Virus record (IMG/VR): IMGVR_UViG_3300033067_002581
Span: 1-64,000 of that record
Source of the DNA: a virus
Lineage: Duplodnaviria; Caudoviricetes
Length of the DNA: 64,000 nt
Strand: one strand, 5' to 3'
The notes under the pieces are model-generated. The model was not told the origin of the DNA. It saw nothing but the letters and a program-made list of their open reading frames with translations, and ran no database searches. How positions within the stretch are numbered: position 1 is the first letter of the stretch; every line of letters begins with the position of its first letter. Shown here piece by piece: positions 63,598-64,000 of this stretch. A program made the translations under genes and the position numbers.

Positions 63598-64000
63598 ACG
63601 AGACTCCCAGCGGGATGCTCACCTCTTCGACGAAACCACACGACTTGCACTCTGAATCCTGCTTCGTGCTGATGTCTGGCGAGTGCTGCGCGATATACGA
63701 GCGGAGCGCCAGTGAGTCACGAGCTAGCATGTTTCTCGCGAAATCAGCGATCTTCTGACGATCATCGACGCCATCGATCGACACGATCGCGTCTCTCAGG
63801 CTATCAGTGACAGACTGCTCGACCTGGACGGATCCCATCGCCCTCTTACGAGCCACCTGCGTCTTAGCCGACGACTCCTCGGACCTACCAGTCAGGAACC
63901 TGAAGTTGACGACCTTGCCTGACTGCGGCAGCTTGAACTCGAAGCGATTCTCGTAGTCTCTGACGGGCTTGATGTCAAGGAAGTTGATCGGGATCGTCGA
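63572..64000 (-). CDS. Tail/baseplate hub assembly chaperone (gp26-like), starts beyond the right edge
   Basis: FKLPQSGKVVNFRFLTG, IVSIDG, DSLALR, CKSC, FLWP. Confidence 0.75.
   Translation of the reverse strand, partial: STIPINFLDIKPVRDYENRFEFKLPQSGKVVNFRFLTGRSEESSAKTQVARKRAMGSVQVEQSVTDSLRDAIVSIDGVDDRQKIADFARNMLARDSLALRSYIAQHSPDISTKQDSECKSCGFVEEVSIPLGVSFLWPRAKR

Noticed and set aside
1-64000. CRISPR array, rRNA, transposase, integrase, reverse transcriptase, intact intein in NrdJ/helicase/RecA
   Set aside because: No spaced direct repeats or matching motifs were seen by eye, and these proteins are of normal length.

Overview
This is a 64-kb slice of a large (jumbo-type) myovirus-like phage genome, with almost all genes on the minus strand. 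It holds a replication and recombination block (split family-C DnaE, short PolA-like protein, gp41/DnaB helicase, RecA/UvsX, gp32-like SSB, two 5'-3' exonucleases, DinG-type helicase). Nucleotide metabolism genes are numerous (class II RNR, dUTPase, MazG-like pyrophosphatases, kinases, HD/dCMP-deaminase fusion, ITPase, Nudix). There are three tRNAs with Pth2 and a nucleotidyltransferase, an amidase endolysin, and tail/baseplate genes at the right end. Top observations: (1) dnaE is split into two separately promoted genes 2.5 kb apart. The break ends carry what looks like only the central, non-catalytic part of a split intein, suggesting a non-splicing intein-derived clasp. (2) A candidate sugar-cytosine DNA modification pathway: Asp-type thymidylate-synthase homolog, epimerase, UDP-xylose synthase, glycosyltransferase and an MBD4-like glycosylase. 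(3) An operon joining an hmU-DNA-kinase helical domain, a minimal SerRS-like ligase and a cupin-MazG fusion. (4) A probable +1 frameshift in the tail chaperone, two leaderless promoter classes, a hairpin over the endolysin start, and repeat polyproteins with L/I-x-E sites. All family calls come from motifs recognised by eye; no searches were run.
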